A stretch of 24,000 nt of DNA, taken from NCBI RefSeq assembly GCF_018336915.1, contig NZ_CP064923.1:2380701-2404700 (forward strand), in the 5' to 3' direction. Below, piece by piece: positions 15,907 to 24,000 of this stretch (position 1 is its first letter; each line of letters opens with the position of its first letter). Below the pieces are notes generated by a model. It saw only the letters and a list, made by a program, of their open reading frames with translations. It ran no database searches and was not told the origin of the DNA. The position numbers and the translations under genes are program-made. This DNA comes from Acaryochloris marina S15. Lineage in GTDB: Bacteria; Cyanobacteriota; Cyanobacteriia; Thermosynechococcales; Thermosynechococcaceae.

Positions 15907-16266
15907 ATGCGTGGACTTCTGTTAACTATTCTAGCTACCGCCCTCAGTTTACTGGTGGTCGATTACGTCTTTGCAGGGATTGATTTAGACAGTATCTCCA
16001 CTGCGATCGCAGCTGCAGTTGCCATTGGCTTGGTGAATGCCATTGTTAAACCCGTGCTGAAAATTGTGTCTTTCCCATTGACCTTACTGTCCCTGGGTGG
16101 GTTTTTGCTCGTGCTGAATGGGTTATGTTTCTCCCTAGCTGCCGCGTTCGTGCCAGGCTTTCAGGTAGACGGCTTGTTGGCGTTTTTTCTGGGGCCGATT
16201 GCCCTGTCGGTGGTGAATGCGTTCTTAAATCGGTACTTACCGGAAGAAGCACCCTCAGCGAGCTAG
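15907..16266 (+). CDS. Holin family 4-like small integral membrane protein (housekeeping-type, not evidence of phage)
   Basis: 119 aa, four hydrophobic segments; GLVNAIVKPVLKIVSFPLTLLSLGGFLLVLNGLCFSLAAAFVPGFQVDGLLAFFLGPIALSVVNAFL. Confidence 0.88.
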   Translation: MRGLLLTILATALSLLVVDYVFAGIDLDSISTAIAAAVAIGLVNAIVKPVLKIVSFPLTLLSLGGFLLVLNGLCFSLAAAFVPGFQVDGLLAFFLGPIALSVVNAFLNRYLPEEAPSAS

Positions 16267-16319
16267 GGGGAATATGCCGACATCTTCAAGGGGCTGCGAA
16301 TGTTGGACGCCCCGGCCCT

Positions 16320-16619
16320 TTAGCCCGCGATTAAGTCTCGGGTGTGGACTTCCAGGGGTGGGTGGATCGCCACTTTGACTTTGAGTGGGCAGCAGAGATC
16401 TCTTCGAGATTGGGCTAACTCGCGGATCAGCAGTAGCCGCGAGCGAATATAGGCTTTGGCATTGGCTTCTTCGTCTTGAGGAAGCTGGTTGCGATTTTTG
16501 AGATTGGCTACCAGGACCTGAACCAGTTGCGAGTCGTTGAGCTGGGTCAACATATCGGTCTGAGTCGTTTCGATAACTTCCCAGACTTGCCGGAGAAGGT
16601 TGGAATTCATGACATTCAC
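16320..16619 (-). CDS. Conserved cyanobacterial hypothetical protein (about 99 aa)
   Basis: NLLRQVWEVIETTQTDMLTQLNDSQLVQVLVANLKNRNQLPQDEEANAKAYIRSRLLLIRELAQSR; coding-like composition and isolated ORF; recognised only by general resemblance. Confidence 0.65.
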   Translation of the reverse strand: MNVMNSNLLRQVWEVIETTQTDMLTQLNDSQLVQVLVANLKNRNQLPQDEEANAKAYIRSRLLLIRELAQSRRDLCCPLKVKVAIHPPLEVHTRDLIAG

Positions 16620-16884
16620 CCTAGGTGAGTGTTTTTCAGAAAACGTGTTTTATGGAAAAATTAATATTTTCTTTAGATTTGGATATCCCCAATTCTACGC
16701 TTATCGTTCAGCAACCCACTATCAGATCGGCTACAAAACATATAACTTAATATTTCTAAACAGCCCTCAAATTACCGTGAATAGGTAGATCTACGGTGTG
16801 AGGGTATGTCGCGATTGGGAATCAAGATCCATCAGATCAAAGGTAAATTGTGATAGTCGCAGGAGGGGAAAAGACCCTCGAACT

Positions 16885-17760
16885 TTAGTCTGCCCCACTG
16901 GATCTCCGAAACGTTTGTTGTCCGAGTAAAACACTACTCAGCACGACCACAACCCCCAACAGTTGAATGGAGGTCAGGGTTTGCTGGAGAAAGAGATACC
17001 CCAGCAGCGTTGCCACAACTGGACTCAGTAACCCCAGATAGGAAGCAGCTGTGGCATTGAGTTTACTAATGCCCCGAAACCATAAGGCATAAGCAAGCCC
17101 AGTTCCGATCAGTCCTAAATAGAGAAACCCTAGTAGGTTAGTCCCAGTAATTTGCTCAAAGGGACCTTCAACAATCAAAGCGATGGGGAGTAACATGAAT
17201 CCCCCCACCGTGAGTTGCCAGGCCGTAAACACCATTAGGGAAACGGGAGATTGCCACCGCTTCACCAAGACTGTTCCTAATCCCATGGTTGCAGCACTTG
17301 CGATCGCAGCCACAATCCCCACACTATCGAGCCGAGCTTCAGGACCGAGCACCAACAGACCCACGCCAATCAATCCAGTGATTGCTCCTAAGATTGATCT
17401 TGGGGAAGGTTTTTCACCTAAGAGTTGCCAAGCAAATAGGACCACCAGCAAGGGCTGAATCGAACCTGCAGTGGCTGCAACTCCCCCCGGTAGTCGATAG
17501 GCCGCCACGAACAAGAGTGCTTGGAAAAGACCAATATTGAGTCCTCCCAGAATCAACATCCGCCACCACCAAATCCCTTGAGGCAGTTGCCTCAGGCTCA
17601 GGATAAGGACCAGGCCGATCGGAAGCGTTCTTAGAGCTGCGACCAGTAGTGGATGCCCCGATGGCAGTAATTCCGTCGCCACAACATAAGTGGTCCCCCA
17701 GGAAATAGGAGCTAAAGCCGTCAACAAGATATTGAACAGCCGAGGTGGAGAAGCGTTCAT
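16885..17760 (-). CDS. EamA/DMT superfamily transporter
   Basis: 291 aa with ten hydrophobic segments; ISWGTTYVVATELLPSGHPLLVAALRTLPIGLVLIL and LGLIGTGLAYALWFRGISKLNATAASYLGLLSPVVATLLGYLFLQQ. Confidence 0.95.
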   Translation of the reverse strand: MNASPPRLFNILLTALAPISWGTTYVVATELLPSGHPLLVAALRTLPIGLVLILSLRQLPQGIWWWRMLILGGLNIGLFQALLFVAAYRLPGGVAATAGSIQPLLVVLFAWQLLGEKPSPRSILGAITGLIGVGLLVLGPEARLDSVGIVAAIASAATMGLGTVLVKRWQSPVSLMVFTAWQLTVGGFMLLPIALIVEGPFEQITGTNLLGFLYLGLIGTGLAYALWFRGISKLNATAASYLGLLSPVVATLLGYLFLQQTLTSIQLLGVVVVLSSVLLGQQTFRRSSGAD

Positions 17761-17767
17761 TATTTAT

Positions 17768-17831
17768 CTTGATATTAAGATACTTGATATCGAGATTTTA
17801 GCATTTATCTTGATGCCAAGTATCTTGGACT
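17768..17831. promoter_or_regulatory. Cluster of palindromic MarR-type operator candidates between divergent EamA and MarR genes
   Basis: TATCTTGATATTAAGATA (17768-17785) is an 18-nt near-perfect palindrome; further half/full sites CTTGATATCGAG just downstream, and TATCTTGATGCCAAG then TATCTTGG near 17809-17830. Confidence 0.6.
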
Positions 17832-17887
17832 TAAGATTTATGAGGTGCTAAAATCATCGCCATTCAAATCCTGAGCTGTCTTTTCCT

Positions 17888-18379
17888 ATGGATACCGATG
17901 CAGTTGACGAAATTTTGGCCCAGTGGCAAAGAGAACGTCCTGATTTAGATGTATCGCCCATGGGAACCATTGGCCGCATGACCCGACTGGCAAAACATCT
18001 CAAAGGAGCAATCGGGGCCACCTTTGCTCAATTTGACTTGAATCCAGGAGAGTTTGATGTACTCGCAACGTTGCGACGGTCTGGGCAGCCTTATCAGCTA
18101 TCACCGACAAGGCTATATCACGCCATGATGGTCACGTCCGGAACCATGACCCATCGTATTGATTGCCTCGAGCAAGCTGAGCTGGTAAAACGAATTCCCG
18201 ACCCCAATGATCGTCGGGGGACCCTGATTCAGTTAACAGATAAGGGGTTTACTCTGATTGAAAAAACCCTTGAAGCCCATGTCGCCAACGAACACCTTCT
18301 CCTAAGTGTATTGGAGCCATCAGAGATCGACTCTCTTACTCAATTACTCCGAAAGCTTTTAGACTCATTTGAGAAATAA
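17888..18379 (+). CDS. MarR family winged-helix transcriptional regulator
   Basis: 163 aa; FDLNPGEFDVLATLRRSGQPYQLSPTRLYHAMMVTSGTMTHRIDCLEQAELVKRIPDPNDRRGTLIQLTDKG contains the canonical wing signature. Confidence 0.95.
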   Translation: MDTDAVDEILAQWQRERPDLDVSPMGTIGRMTRLAKHLKGAIGATFAQFDLNPGEFDVLATLRRSGQPYQLSPTRLYHAMMVTSGTMTHRIDCLEQAELVKRIPDPNDRRGTLIQLTDKGFTLIEKTLEAHVANEHLLLSVLEPSEIDSLTQLLRKLLDSFEK

Positions 18380-18771
18380 AAAAGTATCAAAATTGGTGGC
18401 AAATTTCGCAAAGATTTGAGGACCTTTTTTCCCAAAGAACATCCCCACATATATACAGAGTCTTTTCTAAGAAGATTAGGTAAAAATTAGTAGAATTTCT
18501 ACATTGTTCGGGTTTGAAGATCATAGGTAAATCCTATGAAGCCGGATGTTTTTGATGTTGATTTTTCTAATGCTGTCTTTAGGTAAAGTTATCAGGTAAT
18601 GCGGTCTTTATCCTGATCCTGATGGCTTGGATTGAGTTGAGTGTATAAAACTAAAACTTCATCTATACTTGCAAGGTGAGAATTTTTTAGGCCAGTCTAT
18701 AATCCTCCAATGTGTTGAAAAAGTTTTCTATATTTGTAGATGATTTGATGATTTAGAAGGGGATACTAAAT

Positions 18772-21207
18772 TTGACTCTCTTCAAGATCTTTTACCTTTC
18801 AGATAGTTTATTGTTTGCTAATTTTTTAAGTCAGCTGGAGCAGTTCCCTACAGCGATTATTCCTGATATAGCTATTGCCTTTACATTTGGAGGAATGGCT
18901 GTTCTCTTGGGCTATGTGGCCTTTCGCCATCAGCCAGTGACCTATCCCCAACTTGTTTCTCTATTTATTGCTTTATTGGCTACTTGTAGCCTCAATTCGA
19001 TTCTGGATATAGCCTCTCTTTATATTCCCATTGCTGGTGTTCAAGCAGGAATCAAGCTACTCACCTTGGCCATTGCGATCTTCGCTAGTAGAGAATTCCT
19101 AGCAGACAGCACAAAAATTTTGTCTCAAAATACTACTCCCACCTTAGTGGATGAAAATCGGGTAGTGAAGCAGGAGCTTGAAAATTGTCGACAACTAGAA
19201 GTAGAACGATATAAAAGCCAGCAAATTTTAAATGATGCCTTCGAATATGCCTTAATTGGTAAGGCTATTCTCACCCCTGATGGAGATTGGATCAGAGTCA
19301 ATTCAGCCCTCTGTGAACTATTGGGTTACACAGAGGCCGAGATATTACAGACAAACTTCAAAAGTATGACCCATCCTGAGGATGTAGCCCTTGAACAACA
19401 CTATTGTGATCAACTGCTATCTGGAGAAGTGTTGGCCTGTCGCTTTGACAAGCGGTATTACCACAAGCAAGGACATATTGTTTGGGGCAGGTTGAGTATT
19501 TCTCTGGTCAGAACGCCTGAGGATAAACCCCTATATTTTATTGCTCAAATTGATAATATCTCTGACCGCAAACAGGCTGAAGCAGACTTGAATTTGGTGA
19601 TTGGGCAGCTAAAACTGGCCATTGAAGATCGCTCTACAGAGCTAGATACAGCTTACTCAACCTTGAAGAAATCTGCTGCTCAGTATCAGGATCTTTATGA
19701 CAATGCCCCAGACATGTATCTGTCCGTCGATGCGGATAGCACCAAGATTTTGCGTTGCAACCAAACCCTAATGAAAGAACTGGGATACAGCTATTCAGAA
19801 ATAGTGGGTTGCTCTGTCATCGATCTTTATCATCCTGATTTTCGGACTGAAGCACAGAATGCCTTCCAAACCTTTTTGGAAACAGGTGAAGCTAGGAATG
19901 TCTACCTAGTCGTACAGCGCAAAGATGGGACGACCATGGATGTCAGCCTCAATGCCCAGGGGTTTCGCGATCAGCAAGGCAAGGTTAGGTACAGTCGCTC
20001 AAGCTGGCGAGATATTTCGACGCGCAAACGTTTGGAGAACCAACTGAAGCGAATGAATGCTGAATTGGAAGAGCGGGTTGAAAATCGAACTTTAGCACTA
20101 CAAATTGCCATTCAATCCTTAAAAGAGAGTGAGTCCCGTTTGGAACTGGCATTAGAGGCCTCTGGAGATGGTTGGTGGGACTGGAACATGCTCACGGATG
20201 AAACAAGCTGGAGTATACAGTTCTATCAAATGCTGGGATATGAGATGGAAGAATTGCCTTCCTCGTTTCAAACTTGGCAAAGCTGGACTCATCCTGATGA
20301 TTTACCTAGAATGATGGCTTTGCTGGAAGAGCATTTACAAGATCAGTCCATCCCCTATGTTTTTGACTATCGAACGCGAACGAAATCAGAGCAATGGAAA
20401 TGGATTTCTGTCATGGGCAAAGTCGTAGATTGCAATGATCAAGGGGAACCTCTCCGTATGGTTGGGATGCTCCATGATATTAGTGATCGCAAACAGGCAG
20501 AGCAGGAACTGCGGAGAATAAATACGGAGCTCGTTCGCTCTAACCAAGAGTTGGGTCATTTTGCCTATGTTGCCTCCCACGATTTGCAGGAACCGTTACG
20601 AAAAATAAGGAGTTTTACTGAGTTATTGGCCGAACGCTATCAGGGGCGACTAGATGAGACAGCGGATCGCTATATTCGCTACATCACCGATGGGGCTGCC
20701 CGCATGCAAGGGTTGATAGATGATCTACTCAGTTATTCTCGAGTCGGACGAGCTGAACTAAAGGTGAATCCCACTGCATTATCGTCCCTAGTGAAAGAGG
20801 TGCAATCTGATTTAGAAAAGGTTATTGAACAACGCCAGGTCGAGATGGTCATAGATTCGTTGCCAACCGTTGCTGTTGATCCGGTGCAAATGAGGCAGGT
20901 GTTCCAAAATCTGATTTCTAATGCCATCAAGTATTGCCAAGCGGATCGTCCGAGTATTCACATTCGAGCCACTCAAAATAAAGAGTTTTGGGCTATTTCA
21001 GTCCAAGATAATGGAATTGGCATTAGCCCCCAGTTTGCTGAGCGAGTATTTATCATTTTCCAGCGCTTACACCACCGGGGAGAATATTCGGGGACAGGGA
21101 TTGGATTGGCCATCTGTAAAAAAATAATTGAGCGGCATGGAGGGGAAATTTGGGTGGACTCGGAAGAAGGTAAAGGAGCGATCTTTTCTTTCACTCTGCC
21201 CCGATGA
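18772..21207 (+). CDS. Multi-PAS sensor histidine kinase with ethylene-receptor-like transmembrane N-terminus
   Basis: 811 aa (TTG start); several N-terminal TM segments, three PAS domains (PAS/PAC signatures around ISDRKQAE, SRSSWRDISTRKRLEN, LHDISDRKQAE), HisKA VASHDLQEPLRKIRSFTELL, HATPase VFQNLISNAIKYCQ...VQDNGIGISPQFAERVFIIFQRLH...GTGIGLAICKKIIERHGG. Confidence 0.93.
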   Translation: MTLFKIFYLSDSLLFANFLSQLEQFPTAIIPDIAIAFTFGGMAVLLGYVAFRHQPVTYPQLVSLFIALLATCSLNSILDIASLYIPIAGVQAGIKLLTLAIAIFASREFLADSTKILSQNTTPTLVDENRVVKQELENCRQLEVERYKSQQILNDAFEYALIGKAILTPDGDWIRVNSALCELLGYTEAEILQTNFKSMTHPEDVALEQHYCDQLLSGEVLACRFDKRYYHKQGHIVWGRLSISLVRTPEDKPLYFIAQIDNISDRKQAEADLNLVIGQLKLAIEDRSTELDTAYSTLKKSAAQYQDLYDNAPDMYLSVDADSTKILRCNQTLMKELGYSYSEIVGCSVIDLYHPDFRTEAQNAFQTFLETGEARNVYLVVQRKDGTTMDVSLNAQGFRDQQGKVRYSRSSWRDISTRKRLENQLKRMNAELEERVENRTLALQIAIQSLKESESRLELALEASGDGWWDWNMLTDETSWSIQFYQMLGYEMEELPSSFQTWQSWTHPDDLPRMMALLEEHLQDQSIPYVFDYRTRTKSEQWKWISVMGKVVDCNDQGEPLRMVGMLHDISDRKQAEQELRRINTELVRSNQELGHFAYVASHDLQEPLRKIRSFTELLAERYQGRLDETADRYIRYITDGAARMQGLIDDLLSYSRVGRAELKVNPTALSSLVKEVQSDLEKVIEQRQVEMVIDSLPTVAVDPVQMRQVFQNLISNAIKYCQADRPSIHIRATQNKEFWAISVQDNGIGISPQFAERVFIIFQRLHHRGEYSGTGIGLAICKKIIERHGGEIWVDSEEGKGAIFSFTLPR

Positions 21208-21367
21208 GATTTTTTTGGATGCAATTCTCGAATAATATATTCGCCAGATAATGGCCATAATCATTCGAATTTAATTTTATATGGACAAGAAATTAAAATC
21301 CCTGCAATTTTCATGGATTTGTTTATGATGTTTAACAGTTGGGTGTATTTTGACTTTGGGGCAATGA

Positions 21368-21799
21368 ATGATTGAGATATTGTTGGTAGAAGATGATGAA
21401 GGGGATATAGAACTCACTTTGGAAGCCTTTAATCGCTCAAAAGTTGCCCTCAACGTTACTGTTGTCAGAGATGGTATGGAGGCGATGGCCTACCTTCAGC
21501 AAGAAGGGACCTATGAGGCGGCAAAAACTCCCGACTTGATGTTGCTAGACCTCAACTTACCCCGTAAAGATGGTCGAGAAGTGTTGACCGATATGCAAGA
21601 GAGTAGCCGTCTCAGGCAGATACCTGTGGTTGTGCTAACGACATCAGATGCGGATGAAGATATTTTGAAGAGCTACAAAATTGGGGCTAATGCTTATGTC
21701 ACGAAACCTGTGGGTTTAAAGGGACTAGTTAAGGTGGTTAATTTGCTAGAAGAATTTTGGTTTACGATTGTCAAGTTGCCTCCCCATGAAATGAGCTAG
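21368..21799 (+). CDS. Response regulator receiver protein, Rcp1-like
   Basis: 143 aa; EILLVEDDEGD...DLMLLDLNLPRKDGREVL...VVLTTSDADEDILKSYKIGANAYVTKPV; located directly downstream of the sensor kinase. Confidence 0.93.
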   Translation: MIEILLVEDDEGDIELTLEAFNRSKVALNVTVVRDGMEAMAYLQQEGTYEAAKTPDLMLLDLNLPRKDGREVLTDMQESSRLRQIPVVVLTTSDADEDILKSYKIGANAYVTKPVGLKGLVKVVNLLEEFWFTIVKLPPHEMS

Positions 21800-21832
21800 A
21801 CAACCGACGGGTCCTAGAAGAGCTAGCATTCC

Positions 21833-22237
21833 TCATTCCTTGGACTTGGCTTTTATCACCCGATCGACCACTGTCATTAGCTCTGGCAAATCGATAGGTT
21901 TTTTCAGGTATTCATCTGCGCCTACGGTTTTGGCAATTTCTAGGACTGAGAAACCTGGATCATGAGAACGTCCACTAATAGCAATCAGCCATGGCTTGCT
22001 TTCTAGGGCGAGCATGTTGATTTTGGAAATCAGCATGATCCCTCCCCTAGGACTTTCTTGATTGTTTTCTTGGATAAAAATATCAATTAAAGCAATGTCT
22101 AGATATGCTTCATAAATTTTGGACATGGCCACATTGATATTAGCGGTGTATTCAACCTGGTGCCCTTGATCACCAAGGGTTTTTTGCCAGGACTCCGCCA
22201 AGATTGTATCGTCTTCGAATATAAGAATATTAGCCAA
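21833..22237 (-). CDS. Single-domain response regulator
   Basis: TTG start with GGGAG upstream; ILIFEDDTILAE, phospho-acceptor region IALIDIFI, AISG and YLKKPIDL motifs; 14 nt downstream of the phytochrome kinase gene, same strand. Confidence 0.87.
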   Translation of the reverse strand: MANILIFEDDTILAESWQKTLGDQGHQVEYTANINVAMSKIYEAYLDIALIDIFIQENNQESPRGGIMLISKINMLALESKPWLIAISGRSHDPGFSVLEIAKTVGADEYLKKPIDLPELMTVVDRVIKAKSKE

Positions 22238-22251
22238 TGGTATAGCTCCCT

Positions 22252-24000
22252 CTAGGCTAAGAGTTGATGGATGGTGAGGTTTAATTGCTCCCCGTCAATG
22301 GGCTTTTTGAGCATGGGCACAATGGCTAAGTCTTCTGGAAGCGTGAATTTGGAATTGTAGCCCGTCGTAAACATGAAGGGGATTCGTCGCCGGATTAGTT
22401 CTCTGGCGATGTCAAAGCTATTTTCTTCCTTGAGGTTGATGTCTAAGATACCCAAGATGTATGTTTCCTGGGCTAAAAGTTTAATGGCCTGTTTGACTCT
22501 GGGGGCTGTATCGATGTCGTTAAATCCCAAAGACTCTAGAAGATTCTCCATTTCGAGGGCCAGTAACATGTTGTCTTCAACGATCAGAACATGACCAGGG
22601 GCAAGGTCTGGTTCTTCCTCGCTCTGGAAGGCGGGCATTGGCGTAGAAGACACTTCCGGTTGGTCATCTTGGAAGAGGATCAGGTGAGCAGGCAGCCAAA
22701 AATTGACTTGAACCCCTGTTCTGGGGAAGCGCAGCGTGGCCTCTCCTTCAAACTCAAACGGGATCGCCCGCTCGATTAACGTCCGTCCAAACCCTTTACG
22801 TTTAGGTGGAAAGACGGTCGGTCCATCAGATTCCTTCCAATAAATGGCCAGTCCTCCATCCTGTTCTTTCCAACGGACATCAACTTTACCTGCAGAAACG
22901 GATAAGGCTCCATACTTGGCAGAATTAGTAATCAGTTCATGAATGACTAGGGCAAACATGGGGACAAAGTTGGCTTTTAGACCTGCTTCTGGACCCGAGA
23001 GACTGACTTGATGTTCTGATTCCCCCAGGTAAGGACGGAGTTCTGTCATTACCAAGTTTTGGAGACTGGGCCACTCCAGACCATGTCCAGCCACCAAATC
23101 ATGGGCATGGGCTAGGGCTGCAATGCGGCGATCTAAGAGCAGGGTATATTCTTCAATGGAAGTAGTGGAGTGACGGGTTTGGCGAGAGATGGATCGGATT
23201 AAGGCCAGAATATTTTTGACCCGGTGGTTGAGTTCCGCAATGAGGAGATCTTGTTGTCGCCGTTGTCTTAACCATTCTTGTTGCTGAACCTCTCCTTGAC
23301 TGATGGCTAACTGCATTAGCCCAGTGCGGAGTTCTAGGGCGACTTCTGTTTCGAGGACTGACCAAGGTTTGCATTGGCCTGCTATCTTTTCTCGATACTC
23401 TGCAAAGGAGGTGCGAGGGCGTAATCGGGGTCCATTAGCCCCTTCGACAATCTCTTTTTCTGGCGATCCTGCCCATCGGACTTCATAGATCATTTCATGG
23501 CGAAAGAAAATGACGAAGACGTCGTCGCTGGGGGCTATGCCTAGACAGAGAGCACCTGCGGTTTTACCCAATTGAGTGGTACTAAGGCGGTTGAGTTGGG
23601 ATAGGTTTTCCAGGGGGATTAGATCAGGGCAGGGATGGGTTTGAACCTGATGGACTAGTTCTCTGATGATGCCATGAGTGGGAACGTCTCCATAGGTTTG
23701 AATTTCTTGCTTGGCAATAACCGCCAGACCCTGGGCAGAGAGCATGGAACAGAGTTGTTCTCCTAAGGCTTGTACGGTTTGCGTAAACCGGCCGCTACTC
23801 GTCAATTTTTGGACGAATTGGGAGATGGCTGAAGTGGTGCGTTTACGGGTGTTGAACCGCTCTTCTTCCAGGACCAACTGGAATTTGAGGGAAAAAAGTT
23901 GGCCAAATAGATCGCAGGTGGATCGGTAATCAGGGGATAGTAATTTGACACTCTTGTGATGGAAGGCAAACAGCCCCCATAGCTGTCTCCGAACAATAAT
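22252..24000 (-). CDS. Phytochrome-like sensor (GAF end, PHY), HWE-family histidine kinase, C-terminal receiver domain; 5' part outside window
   Basis: The track starts at an internal TTG (23877), but the frame stays open to the edge: IIVRRQLWGLFAFHHKSVKLLSPDYRSTCDLFGQLFSLKFQLVLEEERF..., a typical phytochrome GAF terminus. PHY signature VRWAGSPEKE...GPRLRPRTSFAEYREKIAGQCKPW, HWE H-box AELNHRVKNILALIRSISRQT, WKE motif, and receiver HVLIVEDNMLLALEMENLL...LDINLK...LKKPID. Confidence 0.92.
   Translation of the reverse strand: MIVRRQLWGLFAFHHKSVKLLSPDYRSTCDLFGQLFSLKFQLVLEEERFNTRKRTTSAISQFVQKLTSSGRFTQTVQALGEQLCSMLSAQGLAVIAKQEIQTYGDVPTHGIIRELVHQVQTHPCPDLIPLENLSQLNRLSTTQLGKTAGALCLGIAPSDDVFVIFFRHEMIYEVRWAGSPEKEIVEGANGPRLRPRTSFAEYREKIAGQCKPWSVLETEVALELRTGLMQLAISQGEVQQQEWLRQRRQQDLLIAELNHRVKNILALIRSISRQTRHSTTSIEEYTLLLDRRIAALAHAHDLVAGHGLEWPSLQNLVMTELRPYLGESEHQVSLSGPEAGLKANFVPMFALVIHELITNSAKYGALSVSAGKVDVRWKEQDGGLAIYWKESDGPTVFPPKRKGFGRTLIERAIPFEFEGEATLRFPRTGVQVNFWLPAHLILFQDDQPEVSSTPMPAFQSEEEPDLAPGHVLIVEDNMLLALEMENLLESLGFNDIDTAPRVKQAIKLLAQETYILGILDINLKEENSFDIARELIRRRIPFMFTTGYNSKFTLPEDLAIVPMLKKPIDGEQLNLTIHQLLA

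Noticed and set aside
15907-16266. Holin-family membrane protein as a lysis or CIS-release gene
   Set aside because: This family is widespread as a chromosomal membrane protein in cyanobacteria and is about 5 kb away among unrelated genes on the other strand.
16280-16310. GGGGC...GCCCC inverted repeat between convergent genes
   Set aside because: Five-base-pair stem with a long loop and no T-run; could be chance in a GC-rich spacer.
1-24000. CRISPR arrays, tRNA or rRNA genes, insertion sequences
   Set aside because: No regularly spaced direct repeats, cloverleaf-like sequences, transposase ORFs or terminal inverted repeats were recognised by eye; a tRNAscan or ISfinder run would be needed for certainty.

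Overview
Cyanobacterial-type chromosome segment; the composition, HIP1 palindromes and gene families fit this, and Acaryochloris-like is only a guess. The left ~11 kb, all minus strand, is part of a contractile injection system (CIS/eCIS) locus. In transcription order it encodes a small helical protein, a T4-gp19-like tail tube protein, a 2421-aa Ser/Gln/Pro/Thr-rich giant protein, a short Afp7/Pvc7-like protein, a VgrG-like spike (Afp8/Pvc8-like), and a DUF4280 PAAR-like protein running to the window edge. The giant protein is the most unusual object. It sits where a small Afp6-type gene would be in the Afp/PVC order. It carries four basic amphipathic segments at ~200-225 aa spacing inside apparently disordered sequence, several degenerate repeats, and a C-terminal helix motif shared with the small ORF at the head of the cluster. 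The right half is mostly ordinary chromosome: HU, a CobD-like PLP enzyme, a degenerate FAD/NAD oxidoreductase, glutathionyl-hydroquinone reductase, a holin-4-like membrane protein, a divergent EamA transporter/MarR pair with palindromic operator candidates, and two convergent two-component modules. One module has an ethylene-receptor-like N-terminus lacking a copper ligand. The other is a phytochrome-HWE kinase-receiver protein that continues past the right edge.
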